A DNA stretch of 64,000 nt from Epithemia pelagica. Lineage: Eukaryota > Protista > Bacillariophyta. Below, piece by piece: positions 61,280 to 64,000 of the stretch. Each line of letters starts with the position of its first letter. The stretch's first letter is position 1. The stretch spans positions 3,162,001 to 3,226,000 of the forward strand of contig OX337234.1 in the NCBI GenBank assembly GCA_946965045.2. Direction: 5' to 3'. Below the pieces are notes generated by a model. It was given only the letters and a program-made list of their open reading frames with translations. It was not told the origin of the DNA and did not search any database. Made by a program: the position numbers and the translations under genes.

Positions 61280-62336
61280 TTAGGATTCTTCGACTTTTTC
61301 CACCGAAAACTGAAAGACAGTCGCGGATGCACCTTGTCCAAACAAACGAGAGGATTCCAAACTTTGCGTATCGGCAAAGCCTTGCGGTGTGACATAAAAG
61401 TTGGGGGTATCGGACAATTGCACGAGTCCCATTGTGGATTGAGGATTGTGGGGATCCACCACATCCAACACGGTCATTTGTCCCCACCCGGCAAACAAGG
61501 CGCGCGGCACCACCGGTTGACTGGGCACGGTACCACCATGATCCAAAATCGTGACCACACCATGTTCTTGTGGCAAGGGAATTCCGGGAGTGGGATTGCT
61601 AAACACCAATTCCTGTTCGACATACCATTCCAAGGTACCACGGCGTGCATCGTGGACGAGTTGGAGCGTGTGAATGTCCTCTGGTTGTCGATTGGCGACA
61701 CGTTTGACTTGTGTAAACGAGGCATAGCGCGTTGCAGTGTCATTATCTTTTTCCATCCAAAGGGCAAGCGTTCACTCAAGGCCCAAATGCCCGTATTGGT
61801 CAAGAAAAAGTCTGCCACGAGAAAATGTTCCAAATCCACCATACTCATGGTACAAGCACCCAACCGAAAATCATCGTTGCGCTTGGTAATGAGCGGACGG
61901 ACGCCGTCGTCCTTGGTGGGGGGTTGGACAAAGCAAGAGGGCAAGTCGTCGGGAAGGGAAATGGAGGCGGTCATTTGCAGGTATATTCAATGCGTCCAGT
62001 TTCGGTCACGACAATGGGAGACGATCGATATTGCAAATTCTTGACATGATCCAATCCTCCCAAGGGACCAAGTGGAATGGTTTTGGTAAAGGCAACCGTT
62101 GTTTGGGTCAAGCCCTTGCTGTTTTCCTGGGGCAACACAATCGTGGCATTGTTGGCCACGTACTGGGCTGCAGGATGGGCAAAGTAAAAGTAGGGCTTGA
62201 CAGTGTCCGGTCCAGGAGGATCCAAGGATGGTTCAAATAAGGGTTGGTCTGGATCGTCAAATGTGTCCCAAAACAAGACGGTCCTCTTGGTTTCGGTCTT
62301 GTCGTCGTCCTTGTCGTTGGTCGAGGAGGACGGCAT
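61280..62336 (-). pseudogene. DUF6081-like protein (bacterial-type), with two single-base frameshifts
   Basis: Three consecutive frames give GGLDHVK / DDFRLGA...DFFLTN...ERLPFG / YASF...LDHGG...RLFGQGA, matching my recollection of actinobacterial DUF6081; shifts at 61974-61976 and 61748-61752. Confidence 0.6.
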
Positions 62337-63044
62337 GGTTCGGTCCTTGCTGCTGTGGTTGTTGTTGCCCTTCTCCGTTTCTGTTTCGTCTTGTGCTTGT
62401 CCAAAACACACCCAAGCAAAGATACCACCGCTTGACAACGTTCATGTTCGTAAACTTGCCGGGTTGTGCTTGCCGGATCTTTGGCGTCGAAAGACTTCTT
62501 GGTCACTTTGTGATTTGTGAGACGATCGCGTGGGTCGCGGATTCCTGGTGAGACTGCGCGCGTGCGCCTCTGTTCTGTTGTGTCCCCTCATTTTTTTCAA
62601 TCCCCGCACTGCGAATTCGTTCCACACCATGGCGGTTTCAGGAACCAACCGTCCCGTTGGACCGGGTCAAGAAAGGAATCTCGGAATCGAGAGACAGGCG
62701 GTTGGGGACAATGAGGAGGAGGATGGACGACAAGTATATGACGAACTCGGGACGAAGCACCATTGATAAAGTCTTAAGTAAGTATATGCTAGGAGATGCT
62801 ACCTTGAGAATCGCCGCCGATCCAAGTGCCTGATCGTTGGTCATAATCCACACATGGCAAATAAAACTCCATGAAGACGAGCAACAAAGAAGAAGAAGAA
62901 GAAGAGGATCGAAACGTTTGAAGAAAAAGAACAACAACCTGGAACGATAGTCACCTTCCTAGCAGCACAGTGACGCTACAAAAACGGAACCCCACACAAT
63001 CCTACTGGTACCATAAAATAGCTATATTAGTCAATAGAGGGCTG

Positions 63045-63933
63045 CTAGCACAAGGGATGCAATGGTTGGGATTGTGACTGGGATTGCTCCTCGGGAGATG
63101 TTGTCGAAACGGACACAAGTGGAGTAGTAGTCACCGATGCCGATACCAAGGATTGTGGTTGTGGTGGTGATTGTTTCCGAGTCGGGGATGGAACCATGGT
63201 AAGCGACAGGGGTGATGGGGAGGACACGGTCGCAACGACTGTCGAACCGGACGACGGCAGAGTCGTTGCAGCATTCGTAGGCATGTTGGTATGAGTATCG
63301 AGTGGTGGTCGGTTCGGGTGCTGATGAGACACGACGGGTTGGAGTTCAACGCCATAGTGTGCATGTTGAGAGGATGCTTGGTACACGTCTTGGGGTTGCA
63401 CCGATTTGGTGGCAATGGCCGGGAGGGGGGCATAGACAATGCGAGCCTTGTTGTTGTGGTTGTTGTTGTTGTTGGCTTCACTTGCCACATCGTCCTTGGG
63501 TTGTTGTTGGTGTTGCGGGTCCTTTCCAGTCTCGTCGTCGTCTTGTGCTCTATCTTGGTCGGGAGCGGCGGCGGCGTTGGTGGGCGACACCATGCGTCGC
63601 AACAAGGACGATCCTGGAAAGTACGACGCGTACACGGGGGAGGATGCTTTTGCCAATGGCAATCGTTGAGGTCCACGGGTCATGGTCGTGGCCGAAATGG
63701 TACTGCTATTGTTGTGGCTGCTCGAACGAATGCCGGCTCCGAGCGCCTGTAGACCGGCCCCCGAAGGAGCGGACGTGATGCGGATTTCCCCCGACTTGAG
63801 CGTCCCTGGTTGTTGTTGTTGCTGCTGTCGTTGTTCCGGATCGAGAGTAGTTCCATCCTCTTGTTCCCATTCCACATCTTCCTTGGCGGATTGCAAGGCA
63901 CTGGGGAGATCCCAATCGGACAATTCCAAATAA
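63045..63933 (-). CDS. Last exon of a gene cut by the window end; UBA-like helical motif followed by low-complexity Q/N/S/T tail
   Basis: Pyrimidine-rich tract and acceptor cag ending at 63934; exon starts YLELSDWDLPSALQSAKEDVEWE; stop at 63045. Confidence 0.6.
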
Positions 63934-64000
63934 CTGTTCGTGTCCAAAAGAAGTGAGATACAAAACATTCCGCACGAGAAAACAAAAAACAAAACAAGCA

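Noticed and set aside
62442-62648. Upstream ORF in frame with the DUF6081-like gene
   Set aside because: It is separated by a TGA and has no recognisable similarity or clear intron; aaccATG at 62336 is a simpler start.
63045-63933. Assigning the terminal partial gene to a LysM-domain family
   Set aside because: The YLELxDWDL motif recalls such diatom proteins, but any LysM part would lie outside the window.

Overview
This is eukaryotic nuclear DNA, most likely from a pennate diatom (inferred from a plastid-type ferritin, diatom-style copia/gypsy/DIRS elements and short GT-AG introns). About 58 kb is a rearranged cluster of Crinkler/CR-type effector-like genes. A cassette of [~65-bp motif M - Ubl-header/P-loop NTPase/REase gene - REase/kinase gene - convergent GT92-like gene] recurs three times, and the NTPase gene is further amplified as a 3428-bp tandem array (7 near-complete copies plus 1 header fragment). 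The cluster hosts an internally deleted Ty1/copia element, an intact Ty3/gypsy element, a decayed DIRS-type tyrosine-recombinase retroelement and a 689-bp TIR element. The most notable observation is an ~840-bp inverted repeat around the DIRS element. It copies the promoter and N-terminal (probable mitochondrial presequence) part of an ISCA2 pseudogene and fuses it in frame to an intact NTPase-nuclease effector gene (51815-54340). Other copies carry a different swapped-in header with its own intron. The last 4 kb holds single-copy-looking genes: ferritin, a frameshifted DUF6081-like gene and the last exon of a gene cut by the window edge. All family assignments come from motif recognition by eye; no searches were run.
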